Assembly: GCF_004010195.1 (NCBI RefSeq)
Contig: NC_057720.1
Span: forward strand, 35,018,711 to 35,082,710
Reading direction: 5' to 3'
Length of the DNA stretch: 64,000 nucleotides
Source of the DNA: Chiloscyllium plagiosum
Lineage: Eukaryota
A program made the position numbers and the translations under genes. The notes beneath the pieces were generated by a model that was given only the letters and a program-made list of their open reading frames with translations, did not search any database and was not told the origin of the DNA. This document shows positions 1 to 11,105 of the stretch, piece after piece (position 1 is the stretch's first letter; each line of letters starts with the position of its first letter).

Positions 1-372
1 CTCTGTGTGAAAAAGTTGTCCCTTAGGTCTCTTTTATATCTTTCCCCTCTCACCCTAAACCTATGTCCCTCTAGTTCTGGACTCCCCCACCCCAGGGGGA
101 AAAGACTTTGTCTATTTACCCTATCCATGCCCCCTCATGATTTTATAAACCTCTAAAAGGTCACCCCTCAGCCTCCGACGCTCCAGGGAAAACAGCCCCC
201 AACCTCTCCCTGTGGCTCAAACCCTCCAACATCCTTGTCCATCTTTTCTGCACCCTTTCACAACATCCTTCCTCGAGACCAGAATTGCACGCAATATTCC
301 AAAAGTGGCCTGACCAGTGTCCTATACAGCCGCAACGTGACTTCCCAATTCCTGTATTCAATGCTCCGACCG
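1..372 (-). mobile_element. CR1/HER1-type LINE 3' ORF2 fragment
   Basis: Translates to [29 protein letters not shown]; very similar to other copies in the window. Confidence 0.9.
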
Positions 373-828
373 AATACGGCGCTAACTGATGCCACTTTAT
401 CCTCAGGGACAAGGATTCTATCAGACTGCAAAAAGAGGACTGGTCCGATACACTGAAAACATAATATGATTAAAACTACGCAACACAAATTGGCGCAGAG
501 TGTGACGTCTCTGGTAGATGGCAGCTGTCTTTGTGTCAAGGTGAGTGTGGCAAGGTATCATGGGATTGAACACTGGAGGAGGGAGGACGGCGGGGGGGAG
601 GGGGGGGTGCTTTTCTGGATGTTGGCTTCAGAGATGAGAAATATTGGCGCGAAGCCTTTATTCAGGAGCTGAAATGGTCTTGGCTGAGACCCGTGGTTAC
701 CTGAAGCAATCCCTCGATCGAGCAGCAAGGCGTTTAAGATCTTGGCAAGCTCTGCCTCGAAAGGTGATGGGCCCGGATCTGGTAAGAGCTTTCAGAAAGT
801 ACTCGGACAACATTTGATGGAGAAAGTG

Positions 829-1142
829 GCACGGCTGCCTCACGGCACCAGGGACCCGGGTTATTCCAGCCTCGGGTGACTGTCTGTGTGGAGTTTGCAC
901 ATTCTCCCCCCCCCCCCGTGTCTGTGCGGGTTTCCTCCCACAGTCCAAAGATGTGCAGGTTAGGGTGGATTGGCCATGCTAAATTACCCATAGTGCTCAG
1001 GGATGTGCAGGTTAGGGTGGATTGGCTATGCTAAATTACACATAGTGATAGATGTATTAGTCAGAGGGCGGTTGGTCTGGGTGGGCTGCTCCTCGAAGGG
1101 TCGGTGTGGACTGGAGATTCCACACTGTCGGGAATCTAATCG
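829..1142 (+). mobile_element. HE1-type tRNA-derived SINE, 5' truncated, with a short internal duplication
   Basis: GGAGTTTGCACATTCTCCCC and CCCACAGTCCAAAGATGTGCAGG core; gatgtgcaggttagggtggattggc occurs twice; AATCT tail. Confidence 0.85.
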
Positions 1143-1144
1143 AA

Positions 1145-1432
1145 TTCTCAGGTCCGTGAAGGTAGCAGGAGAAGTTAAGAGGGAAAGCATAGAGCACACT
1201 GGCCTTTATCAGTCGGGCGCAGGTTGCAAGAGCCTTGGAGGTTGCTGTTGGAGCGGTGGGGGGGGGACTTTGGGTTTGGCTCTGGTCTCCAGGGGAAGGG
1301 GCTGCAGAAGAGACTTGCCTGGTAACGGGGAGCCATTTTGCGAGGGAGAGAGAGAGAGAGAGGCTGGACGAGCTCGGGCTGGTTTCTTCCGAGCAGAGTC
1401 GGGGAGGGAGTTTGTCGATAAAGATGAGGTCA
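1145..1432 (+). mobile_element. Highly degraded CR1 ORF2 fragment
   Basis: Residual similarity to the CR1 C-terminal region ([22 protein letters not shown]). Confidence 0.5.
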
Positions 1433-1889
1433 GATTAGATTAGATTAAACTCCCTACAGTGTGGAAAGGTGGAATTGAACACAAAAGGCAGGATGAACGT
1501 TTACCGGAGCCCACAATATGAATCGAGCTTTGTCTTCTGAATTTACCTTGAGTTTGAGGAACACCCTCCTCAAATTAGTCACTCAAAGATTTCAATTTAG
1601 CCCCAAGATGAAAAATGGCTGTAGCCAATTCTGGCGTACGTGTAATATTAGTAAGTGACCACCAGAGGACACTGTTGGCTGCTAATTTGGTCAAATGGAT
1701 GTCAAATATTTCATCTTTGGAGCAGTTCCACTAGGTTTCTCTTCACAGTAAGCCGGCTGGTAACTCTTGAAGCAAAGCTGATGGATGGTGAAGTAAACCG
1801 TTAGGTTAAGATAGCAAGAGGTGGAGTCTGATTACTTCAGGACCTCGCCTTGGGCTTTGGAGCAGTTGAGCGATGAAGAGAGCCAAGAT

Positions 1890-1968
1890 TGGTGTGGGGG
1901 CTGCAGGTCAGGCAGCATCCGAGGAGCAGGAAAAACCCACTGGTTTCGGGCCAAATCTTCAGGATGAA
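1890..1968 (-). mobile_element. PLE terminal-repeat fragment
   Basis: GCAGGTCAGGCAGCATCCGAGGAGCAGGAAA motif shared with the other PLE termini. Confidence 0.6.
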
Positions 1969-2279
1969 GACTTGGGTGGTCGTCTGTGGAGCTGAGGGGG
2001 ATTGCCCGGGGGGAGGTGTACAAGATCATGGCGGGTGGGAGGCAGGGGTTGGGAGGCAGCAGCCTCGGTTGACCGATCGCTCACAGGGAGACCCACTTCC
2101 AAAGGCAGGAGGTTGAGAGAGGTGCTGGGTGGGGGAGGGAGGTTTGAGGAAATAGGGTTTTCGCCCAGAAGGTGGTGGGGATCTGGGTGTCCTGGCCGGG
2201 GAGGGGGGTTCAGGTAGGATTCGCTGCTTGGATTCAAGGCTATGGGATAGTGGGACTACTGCAAGTGGATGTACAGCTC

Positions 2280-2572
2280 CATCCCACCCTGGCAATGTTT
2301 TTCTCCAGCCTCGACCATCGGGGGGGAGAAGGTACAGAAGGCTGAACACACACACACACACACACCAGCCGGTTTAGGAACAGTTTCTACCCTACTGTTG
2401 TTAGAACACTGAATGGACTCGCAAACTCTTAACATTCGCCTGGACCTGTGTTTTTGCTGCTGTTTACCAATTATTTACTTATCTATGCTCCTTAACTCCG
2501 TGATCTGCCTGTATTGCTCACTAAACAAAGCTTTTCACTGTGTCTCGGGACACGGGTCAATAAATTCAATCA
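2280..2572 (+). mobile_element. Rex1/Babar-type LINE 3' end with an internal (CA)n expansion
   Basis: SHPG...PSGRRYR...TSRFRNSFYP-like ORF end, then a 3' UTR ending in AATAAATTCAATC; (CA)n at ~2346-2365. Confidence 0.7.
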
Positions 2573-2669
2573 CGTTCACATGCTCAGCGGAACAGATTCG
2601 ATGAGTCTGTAGTCACTGCTATAATCTAGGGCGTGTGACAACCAAGCAAGAGGTAGCTCCCATTGCTTT

Positions 2670-3530
2670 AAGAGTCATCCATTAAGAAAGCAGATCCTCT
2701 GGTCCAACCAGCTCATGCCGAACATAATCCTAAACTAAGCTAGTCCCAGCTGCCCGCTCCTTACCTACGTCCTCTTCTGTTTTTAGATTAGATTACAGTG
2801 TGGAAACAGGCCCTTCGGCCCAACAAGTCCACACCGCCCCGCCGAAGCGTAACCCACCCATACCCCTACACCTAACGCTACGGGCAATTTCCCATGGTCA
2901 ATTCACCTGACGTGCACATCTTTGGACTGTGGGAGGAAACCGGAGCACCCGGAGGAAACCCACGCAGACACGGGGAGAATGTGCAAACTCCACACAGTCA
3001 GTCGCCTGAGGCGGGAATTGAACCCGGGTCTCTGGCACTGTGAGGCAGCAGTGCTAACCACTGTGCCAATGTGTCGCCCACTTCATGTATCTATCCAAAT
3101 GTCGTTTCAATGTTGTAATTGTGTGCTCTGGAAGTTCCTTCCACACATGCACAGCCCTCCTTGCAAACAAATCGCCTCTTAGATCTCTCTTAAATCTCCC
3201 TCCTCTTACCTTAAAAATGTGCCGCCCCGTCTTCAAATCCTCCATCTCCAGGAAAAGACAACTCCCGCTAACTCTGTCTATACCTCTCATTATTTTACAA
3301 ATTTTGGACCAGTCGCCTCTCAACCTGCGACGCTCCAGCGAAAGCCTTTCCAACTTTTCTTTCGAATTCAAGCTTCCTGTTCCCGGCAGCACCCTGGTAA
3401 ATCTCCTCTGAACCCTCTCCAGATTAACAAGATCCTATAACGGGGCGACCAGAACTGGACATAATAATCCAGACGAGGCTTCACCCAAGTCCTGTACAAC
3501 CCCAATGTGATGTCCCAACTCCTATTCTCC
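2670..3530 (-). mobile_element. CR1 3' fragment interrupted by an HE1 SINE
   Basis: ORF 3054-3392 (LERRRLRGD...FKVRGGRFKRDLRG...FKRHLD-like). Confidence 0.85.
2783..3080 (-). mobile_element. HE1-type SINE, near full length
   Basis: tRNA-like head with A/B boxes (TGGCACAGTGG / GGTTCAATTCC), conserved core, (TAATC)n tail. Confidence 0.92.
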
Positions 3531-3539
3531 AAGGAGTAA

Positions 3540-3705
3540 TGGGGTAGTTACTAGTGGGGTACCGCAAGGATCTGATTTGGGTCCACTGCTGTTTGTCATT
3601 GTTATAAATGACCCGGAGGAGGGTGGGTTAGCAAATTTGCAGATGACACTAAGGTTGGTGGAGTTGTGGATAGTGACGAAGGATGGTGTAAGGTTACAGA
3701 GAGAC
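3540..3705 (+). mobile_element. CR1 RT fragment
   Basis: SGVPQGS.LGPLLFVIVIND...KFADDT. Confidence 0.85.
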
Positions 3706-4180
3706 AACTCGTGACCCCTAGTAATTGAGTCCTCCCCCAACTCTGGGGAAAAGCCTCTTGCTATCCACCCTGTCTGTACCTCTCATGATTTTGTCGACCT
3801 CAATCAGGTCCCCCCCTTAACCTCCGACATTCTAATGAAAATAATCCTAATCTACTCAACCTCTCTTCATAGCTAGCGCCCTCCATACCAGGGCAGCATC
3901 CTGGTGAACCTCCCCTGCATCCTCTCCAAAGCGTCCACATCCTTTTGGTAATGTGGCGACCAGAACTGTACGCGGTATTCGGTCAAATCAATGTCTTATA
4001 CAACTGTAACAGGACCTGCCAACTCTTGTACTAAATCACCCGTCCGATGAAGGAAAGCAGGCCGTATTATGCCTTCTTGACCACTCTACTGACCTGCGTT
4101 GCCACCTTCAGGGAACAACGGACCTGAACACCCAGCTCTCTCTGTCCATCCATTTTCCCCAGGGCTTTTCCACTTACCAG
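3706..4180 (-). mobile_element. CR1 fragment
   Basis: GQRELGVQVRCSLKVATQVSRVVKKA and downstream CR1 motifs. Confidence 0.8.
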
Positions 4181-4182
4181 GC

Positions 4183-4302
4183 GAAAGTGAAGTCTGCAGA
4201 TGCTGGAGATTAGAGTCGAGAGTGAGGTGCTGGAAAAGCACAGCAGGTCAGGCAGCATCCGAGGAGCAGGAGAATCGACGTTTCGGGCAAACGCCTTCCA
4301 TC
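4183..4302 (-). mobile_element. PLE terminal-repeat fragment
   Basis: AAAGTGA.G.CTGCAGATGCTGG...GAATCGACGTTTCGGGC; degenerate hammerhead core on the minus strand. Confidence 0.75.
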
Positions 4303-4639
4303 GCTTACCCATATAGGTTCACACTCAAATTGGATCGTCTATCGCCTCACAAACTCAGCCCTGAATCACGCCACCACTTCCCTTTCATTGCACCTCCCCA
4401 GTGTGGCTCTCCAGCAAATGTTATCTCTCACGTCTCCTGGAAGCAGGCAAGATGTTTTATTCTTGTTGATGGTGACCAACAGCCCCAGAGAGTCAGATAC
4501 AGTCAGTGATTTTTATCTGAGAGTCAGCCTGTTCAGTTAAACGCGGAACTCTCCCAAAGTCTTGCAAGTTTCCAGGCTTTATACACAACAGGCCGGGTAT
4601 TAACTTATTTAATTGCTCGATTTACTTTGTACCTTCATG

Positions 4640-5172
4640 AGGAAACAGACCTTTCACTCCAACCAGGCTGCACTCCCAAGCTAAGCGAGTCCCCACCCTC
4701 CGACTGCTGACCCATATCCCCCCCCAAATCTTTGCTATTCACGGACGTACCTTTTCAACGCTGTAATCATGCTGCCATCCCCCACTTCCTCAGGAAGTGT
4801 GAAAACAAGTTGCCCCTCATCCCTATTTTAAACCTCTCTCCTCTCACCTTAAAAATGTGCCCCCTAGTCTTGAGGTTCCCCAATCTGAGGGGGAAAAATA
4901 CTCCCATTAACCCGATCTACGCCCCTCATCATTTTATAAATGTCTATAAGGTCACCTCCCAACCTCCGACATTCCAGTGAAAAAGAAATTCCAGTCTTTC
5001 TTTCTGATTCAAGCTTTCCAGCAACATTCCTGGTAAATCTCTTCTGAACCCTCTCCAGATTAACAATATCCTTCCTATAACGGGGCGACCAGAACTGGAC
5101 ACAATAATCCAGACGAGGCTTCACCCAAGTCCTGTACAACCCCAATGTGGCATCCCAACTCCTATACTCCAA
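4640..5172 (-). mobile_element. CR1 3' fragment
   Basis: ORF 4864-5172 (EYRSWDATLGLYRT...YCVQFWSP). Confidence 0.85.
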
Positions 5173-5179
5173 GGAGTAA

Positions 5180-6140
5180 TGGGGTACTTACTAGTGGGGC
5201 ACTGCAAGGATCTGTTTTGGGTCCACTGCTGTTTGTCATTGTTATAAATGACCTGGATGAGGGCGAAGAAGGATGGGTTAGTAAATTGACACTAAGGTCG
5301 GTAGAGTTGTGGATATTGCTGAAGGATGTTGTAGGTTTACAGAGAAACATAGATAAGCTGCAGAGCTGGGCTGAGAGGTGGCAAATGGAGTTTAATGCAG
5401 AAAAGTGGGAGGTGGTTCACTTTGGAAGGAGTAACAGGAATGCAGAGTACTGGGCTAAAACTCTTGGTAGTGTAGATGAGCAGAGAGATCTCGGTGTCCA
5501 GGTACACAGATCCCTGAAAGTTGCCACCCAGGTTGACAGGGTTGTTAAGAAGGCGTACGGTGTGTTAGCTTTTAGCGGTAGAGGGACTGAGTTTCGGAGT
5601 TATGAGGTCCTGCTGCAGCTGTACAAAACTCTGTGGCCGCACTTGGAGTATTACGTACAGTTCTGGTCACCGCATTATAGGAAGGATGTGGAAGCTTTGG
5701 AAAGGGTTCAGAGGAGATTTACCGGGATGTTGCCTGGTATGGGAGGGAAGGCTGAGGGACTTGAGGCTGTTTTCGTTAGAGAGAAGGAGGTTGAGAGGGG
5801 ACTGAATTGAGACATACAAGATAATCAGACGGTTCAATAGGGTGGACAGAGAGAGCCTTTTCCCTCGGATGGTGATGGCCAGCACGAGGGGACATAGCTT
5901 TAAATTGAGGGGGTGATAGATATAGGACAGACGTCAGAGGTAGTGTCTTTACTCAGAGAGTAGTAGGGGGTGTGGTACAGGAGTAGACTCGTCAACTTTA
6001 AGGGCATTGAACTGGCCATTGGAGAGGCACATGGATGAGAATGGAATGGTGTAGGTTAGATGGGCTTCAGGTTGGTTCCACAGGTCGGTGCAACATCGAG
6101 GGGCCGAAGGGCCTGTTACTGCGCTGGAATGTTCTATCTT
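5180..6140 (+). mobile_element. CR1 RT to 3' end, frameshifted
   Basis: QGSVLGPLLFVIVINDLD...WQMEFNAEK...QRDLGVQVH; 3' end gggccgaagggcctgt followed by a tgttcta tail. Confidence 0.9.
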
Positions 6141-6621
6141 CTGTGACTGAGTAATGAAGGCAAGCGTGCCAAACGCCTTTTTATAACCGCCCTGTCTATC
6201 TATCCTGGCTAATTCTGCACAGTCCATACAAGTTTTACCCGAAAGCCCCTTTGTGGATTGGGTTCCCCGAGCGGTCCCCTCCTCCCTCTCAACCACCCCC
6301 CCCCACCCCCACCCCTTCTCTCTCCATTCCAGGCTGTGCCCTCTCGGGTGTGCCCCTGGCGGCGTCGCGATGCGCCAGCCCTTTCTCGCATTGGCTTTTC
6401 CTCGACAAACCCAGCTGACTGAGACATGAGCCTTTCGCGAACCGACTCTGCCCCCCCCCCTTTCACTTTGCGGAGAGGAAGATGGGTCAGTGGGTTACAG
6501 AGCCCGGCGTTGGAGGATCGAGGGACCAAATTGAACAGGTTTCCCCACTGATTGGGAAGGGGGTTAAAACAAAAACACCAAGAGAAGCAGTGAGCGATGG
6601 CAAACCAGACGTCGATCTCAT

Positions 6622-6627
6622 TTTATT
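6622..6627 (-). promoter_or_regulatory. Candidate AATAAA polyadenylation signal for the cytokine transcript
   Basis: AATAAA on the minus strand in unique sequence ~2.5 kb past the stop. An earlier AATAAA (7410-7415) lies inside an antisense CR1. I saw none in 8000-9132. Confidence 0.3.
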
Positions 6628-6751
6628 GAGAAACAAGTAAAATCCAGAACAAATCGTCGATAATTCGTGGCGCAGCTGAGCAGTAACGGAGCCGGTTTGC
6701 AAACAATCACCTAACGTTGCCGAGAGCAAGTCTTCAGAAAAAACCACCCAA

Positions 6752-8000
6752 GCATTTGTGCGTGGGAAATCATGTCTCACAAACCTGATTGAGTTTTTGT
6801 GAAGAAGTAACAAAGAGGATTGATGAGGACAGAGCGGTGGATGTGATCTATATGGACTTCAGTAAGGCGTTCAACAAGGTTCCCCATGGGAGACTGGTTA
6901 GCAAGGTTAGATCTCATGGAATACAGGAGGGACTAGCCACTTGAATATAGACCTAGCTTGAAGGTAGAAGACAGAGGGTGGTGGTGAAGGGTTGTTTTTC
7001 AGACTGGAGGCCTGTGACCAGTGGAGTGCCACAAGGATCGGTGCTGGGCCCTCTACTTTTTGTCATTTGTATAAATAATTTGGATGCGAGCATAAGAGGT
7101 ACAGTTAGTAAGTTTGCAGATGACCCCAAAATTGGAGGTGTAGTGGACAGCGAAGAGGGTTACCTCAGATTACAACAGGATCTGGACCAGATGGGCCAAT
7201 GGGCTGAGGAGTGGCAGATGGAGTTTAATTTAGATAAATGCGAGGTGCTGCATTTTGGGAAAGCAAATCTTAGCAGGACTTATACACTTAATGGTAAGGT
7301 CCTAGGGAGTGTTGCTGAACAAAGAGACCTTGGAGTGCAGGTTCATAGCTCCTCGAAAGTGGAGTCGCAGGTAGATAGGATAGTGAAGAAGGCGTTTGGT
7401 ATGCTTTTCTTTATTGGTCAGAGTATTGAGTACAGGAGTTGGGAGGTCATGTTGGGGCTGTACAGGACATTGGTTAGGCCGCTGTTGGAATACTGCGTGC
7501 AATTCTGGTCTCCTTCCTATCGGAAAGATGTTGTGAAACTTGAAAGGGTTCAGAAAAGATTTACAAGGATGTTGCCAAAGTTGGAGGGTTTGAGCTACAG
7601 GGAGAGGCTGAAGAGGCTGGGGCTGTATTCCCTGGAGCGTCGGAGGCTGAGGCGGTGACCTTAGAGAGGTTTATAAAATCATGAGGGGCATGGATAGGAT
7701 AAATAGACAAGGTCTTTTCCCCCTGGGGTGGGGGAGTCCAGAACTAGAGGGGCATAGGTTTAGGGTGAGAGGGGAAAGATATAAAAGAGACCTAAGGGGC
7801 AACGTTTTCACACAGAGGGTGGTACGTGTATGGAATGAGCTGCCAGAGGAAGTGGTGGAGGCTGGTATAATTACAGCATTTAAGAGGCATTTGGATGGGT
7901 ATATGAATAGGAAGGGTTTGGAGGGACATGGGCTGCGTGCTGGCAGGTGGGACCAGATCGGGTTGGGATATCTGGCGGTCTGTTTCCATGCTGTACCTCC
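6752..8000 (+). mobile_element. CR1/HER1-type LINE, 5' truncated (RT and C-terminus)
   Basis: ORFs 6978-7658 and 7681-8052 with SGVPQGSVLGP, FADD and YCVQFWSP; in-frame stops upstream. Confidence 0.95.
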
Positions 8001-8272
8001 GTATAACACCACGGGTCAGATTCTGGGTGTTATCCTGCCTCTCCTGAATTGAGGAGAGAGTGAGTGAACCCCCCACCCCCCCCCCCCCCCCCCCCACCCC
8101 CACCCCCGGCTTTGAGATCGGTCAAAGGAATCGATGGAGTGCGGTCTGTAGAAGCAAGGTTATCAGTTTAATAGAGCAAGGGTGGCCGAACGCAAGTCTG
8201 TCCAGCAACACAGAGGTTAAAGCTTCTGTGCTCTGTGGCGAAACTGTGCACTTACAATTGACCAATTGTAAT

Positions 8273-8460
8273 GGGCGGCACGGTGGCACAGTGGTTAGCA
8301 CGGCTGCCCCACGGCACCAGGGTCCCGGGTTCAATTCCCGCCTCAGGCGACTGACTGTGTGGAGTTTGCACATTCTCCCAGTGTCTGCGTGGGTTTCCTC
8401 CGGGTGCTCCGGTTTCCTCCCACAGTCCAAAGATGTGCAGGGTCAGGGGGAATTGGCCAA
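8273..8460 (+). mobile_element. HE1-type SINE 5' half
   Basis: GGGCGGCACGGTGGCACAGTGGTTAGCAC head; B box GGTTCAATTCC. Confidence 0.9.
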
Positions 8461-8610
8461 TCCACCCTAACCTGCACATCTTTGGACTGTGGGAGGAAAC
8501 CCACGCAGACACGGGGGGAGTATGTGCAAACTCCACACACAGACAGCCGCCTGAGGCTGGAATCGAACCCGGGTCCCTGGTGCCGTGGGGCAGCCGTGCT
8601 AACCACTGAG
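8452..8610 (-). mobile_element. HE1-type SINE 5' half, inverted against the previous copy
   Basis: Reverse complement of the same head and core. Confidence 0.9.
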
Positions 8611-9132
8611 AGACCCCCCCCCAAAAAAAAGGACAAGAATGGAGACTCGTCCTGCTCCAAGGTGGACACGATGGGGTGGGGGCCCGGGGAATGACTCGCC
8701 CGAAGACGGAAACGGGGAGCGGCTGGTGAATTTTCGCCGTCGCTCTTGCCCCCCCCGGGAGGGGGGGGGGGGATGTGCGCGGACTGGAAAGGAGAGATGT
8801 CACCCATGGCACTGGAGTAACCCCCAGCGGGGGGTGGGGGTTGGGGAGATGGGGGGGAGTGGGTGGTGCTGGTGAACCCGCTAACTGAAAAAAGCTGAAG
8901 GGACCCGACCTCTCTGAACCGGACTGCTCTGTGTCCTTGGGGGGGGGGATCAAATCATCCTGACCCACACCTCCGTTCAAAGAAACGATTGCGTCGACAG
9001 CGACGCGAACCGCTCATTGTCGTCGGGGGTGGACTGGCATTTAGGAACGCGACTGAAGGTGACTGGGAAAACCAACAAAGCTCCCTGCTCCTGGCCTGAA
9101 AAGGGTGGGAAGTTTTCATCCCCCCCCCCCGA

Positions 9133-9321
9133 CTATGACTCCAGGTCGAAGAGCACGCTTTCGGCCTGAGCTCCTCTGTTCAGTTCGAGAGCATTCTTTG
9201 TCATGCAGAGGAACCAGCCGTCGCACAGGTAGGACTGGAATTTGTACCGCTGGCTGTCCATCGTCATCCTGAAGAGGTTGGAGATGTCGGAGGCCGCCAT
9301 CTTGGGTCGGTCAGTGTTGTC
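9133..9321 (-). CDS. Terminal coding exon of the same IL-1-family cytokine gene (62 aa + TAG)
   Basis: Strong acceptor ctcccttctcaccctctcccgtttgtcctcccag|GAC in phase 0, matching the donor at 11464. Encodes DNTDRPKMAASDISNLFRMTMDSQRYKFQSYLCDGWFLCMTKNALELNRGAQAESVLFDLES*. F-x-S-x4-G-W-F-L-C is the IL-1-family signature region, here without the usual Pro. Confidence 0.85.
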   Translation of the reverse strand, partial: DNTDRPKMAASDISNLFRMTMDSQRYKFQSYLCDGWFLCMTKNALELNRGAQAESVLFDLES

Positions 9322-9388
9322 CTGGGAGGACAAACGGGAGAGGGTGAGAAGGGAGGCGCGCAAACGCGTTGCTCACCAGGGAGGGGGA

Positions 9389-9411
9389 CACACACACACA
9401 CACACACACAC
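9389..9411. repeat. (CA)n microsatellite in the cytokine intron
   Basis: Read directly from the sequence. Confidence 0.95.
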
Positions 9412-9474
9412 TGAAAACGCTTCGGCTTGATGGGAGCAGTGGGGGAGGTGACCGAAGAGGAGGTGACACAACAT

Positions 9475-9637
9475 CGAGTCTGAGATGTACAGCACAGAAA
9501 CAGACCTTTCGGCCCAACCCGTCCATGCTGACCCAGATATCCCAACCCAATCTCGTCCCACCTGCCAGCACCCGGCCCATATCCCTCCCAAACCCTTCCT
9601 ATTCATATACCCATCCAAATGCCTCTTAAATGCTGTA
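9475..9637 (-). mobile_element. CR1 3' terminal fragment
   Basis: FKRHLDGYMNRKGL plus the conserved 3' UTR; followed by (TA)n at ~9648-9665. Confidence 0.9.
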
Positions 9638-9979
9638 CTGATGAGGGATATATATATATATATATGAACAATAATATATACTATAATATATAAAATACAT
9701 AAATTTTCTCTTTTAAATTATTTTCACAGGTAGATACTCAACTTTTGATATTTCAGAATAAACTAAACTATGTGCCTGAAGGCTAAAGAGAGATTGCTGA
9801 GTGTGGCTGGAGTATTGTGATATCTGAACAAAATGCAGTTATATTTGTTGGAGCCTTCTTTCTCAGAAACTACTGGTCATTTGAGCAGCTTTAAGTTGCT
9901 TAACATGTAAGAGCACTCAATAAGTCAACAAGGTAATTTGAGTACTGACTTAATGCATGGTTTAAATTATGACTTATTA

Positions 9980-10500
9980 AGTCATACAGCACAGAAACAG
10001 ATCCTTCGATCCAACCAGTCCATAATCATAAACCAAACTAGCCCCACCTGCTTGTACCTGGCCCACATCCCTCCAAACCTTTCCTATTCATGTACTTATA
10101 CAGTGTACTTAAACGTTGTAACTGTAGCTGTATCCATCACATCCTCTGGAAGTTCATTCCACAATGAACCACTCTCATGCCTCTCATGTCTTTTTAAAAT
10201 GTTTCTCCTCTCACTTTAAAATATGCCCTCAATCTTGAAATCCTTCACCCTAGGGAAAAGACACTTGCCATTCATCTTACCTACACCCCTCATTATTTTA
10301 TTAAGCTCTGTCAGGTCACCTCTCAGCCTCCTGCACTCCAGTGAAAGAAGTCCCAGCCTATCCAGCCTTGCCTTGTAACTGAAACCTTCCATTCCCAACA
10401 ACATCCTGGTAAATTTCTTCTGAACCCTCTCCAGCAGAATAATATCCTTCCTATAACAAGGTGACCAGAATTGAACACAGTATTCCAGAGCAGCCTTCAC
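9980..10500 (-). mobile_element. CR1 3' fragment
   Basis: ORF 10216-10500 (LEYCVQFWSPCYRKDIILLERVQ). Confidence 0.88.
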
Positions 10501-10509
10501 TGACAGGAC

Positions 10510-11105
10510 AAAAGTGAGGACTGCAGATGCTGGAAATCAGAGTCCAGATTAGAGTGGTGTTGGAAAAGCACAGTTGGTCAGGCAGCATCCGAGGAGCAGG
10601 AAAATCAACGTTTTGGGCAAATGCTCTTCATCAGGAATAGAGGTCGGGTGCCTGCAGGGTGGAGAGTGGGAGTGGGGCTGGGGAGAAGGTAGCAAAGAGT
10701 ACAATAGGTGGATTTCCATCATCGGCAGTCCTCACTTTTGCCTAGTTGATTTTAACCTTACTGCAAATCCTCTTGCAAGGATGCCTACCTTGAAGAAGTT
10801 CTCCTCTCTCCATAAGGCTCTCAGTGAGTCTTTTTCTCACTGCAACCACTCCACCCTCCTTTCTGACCTATCGCCTTCATCCCCACCCCCAACCACCCAT
10901 TGTACTCTTTGCCACCTTCTCCCCTCCCCCTTTCCCTCTCACTTATCTCTCCACCCCGGAGGCTCCCAGCCTCCATTCTTGACGAAGGGCTTTTGCCTGG
11001 AATATCGATTTTCCTGCTCCTCGGATGCTGCCTGACCTGCTGTGCTTTTCCAGCACCACTCTGATCGAGACTCTGGTTTCTAGCATCTGCAGGCCTCACT
11101 TTTGC
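10510..11105. mobile_element. PLE-derived element with inverted terminal-repeat copies
   Basis: 10510-10712 is the reverse complement of roughly 10895-11105; degenerate hammerhead cores at ~10607-10635 (-) and ~10978-11008 (+). Confidence 0.8.

Noticed and set aside
6752..8000. Potentially active CR1
   Set aside because: 5' truncated with stops and frameshifts; no intact autonomous element anywhere in the window.
8273..8345. tRNA-like sequence with A and B boxes
   Set aside because: SINE head, not a tRNA gene; continues directly into the HE1 core.
8252..8980. 242-aa Pro/Gly-rich ORF and overlapping ORFs
   Set aside because: Made of SINE sequence and G/C homopolymers; no domain-like content.
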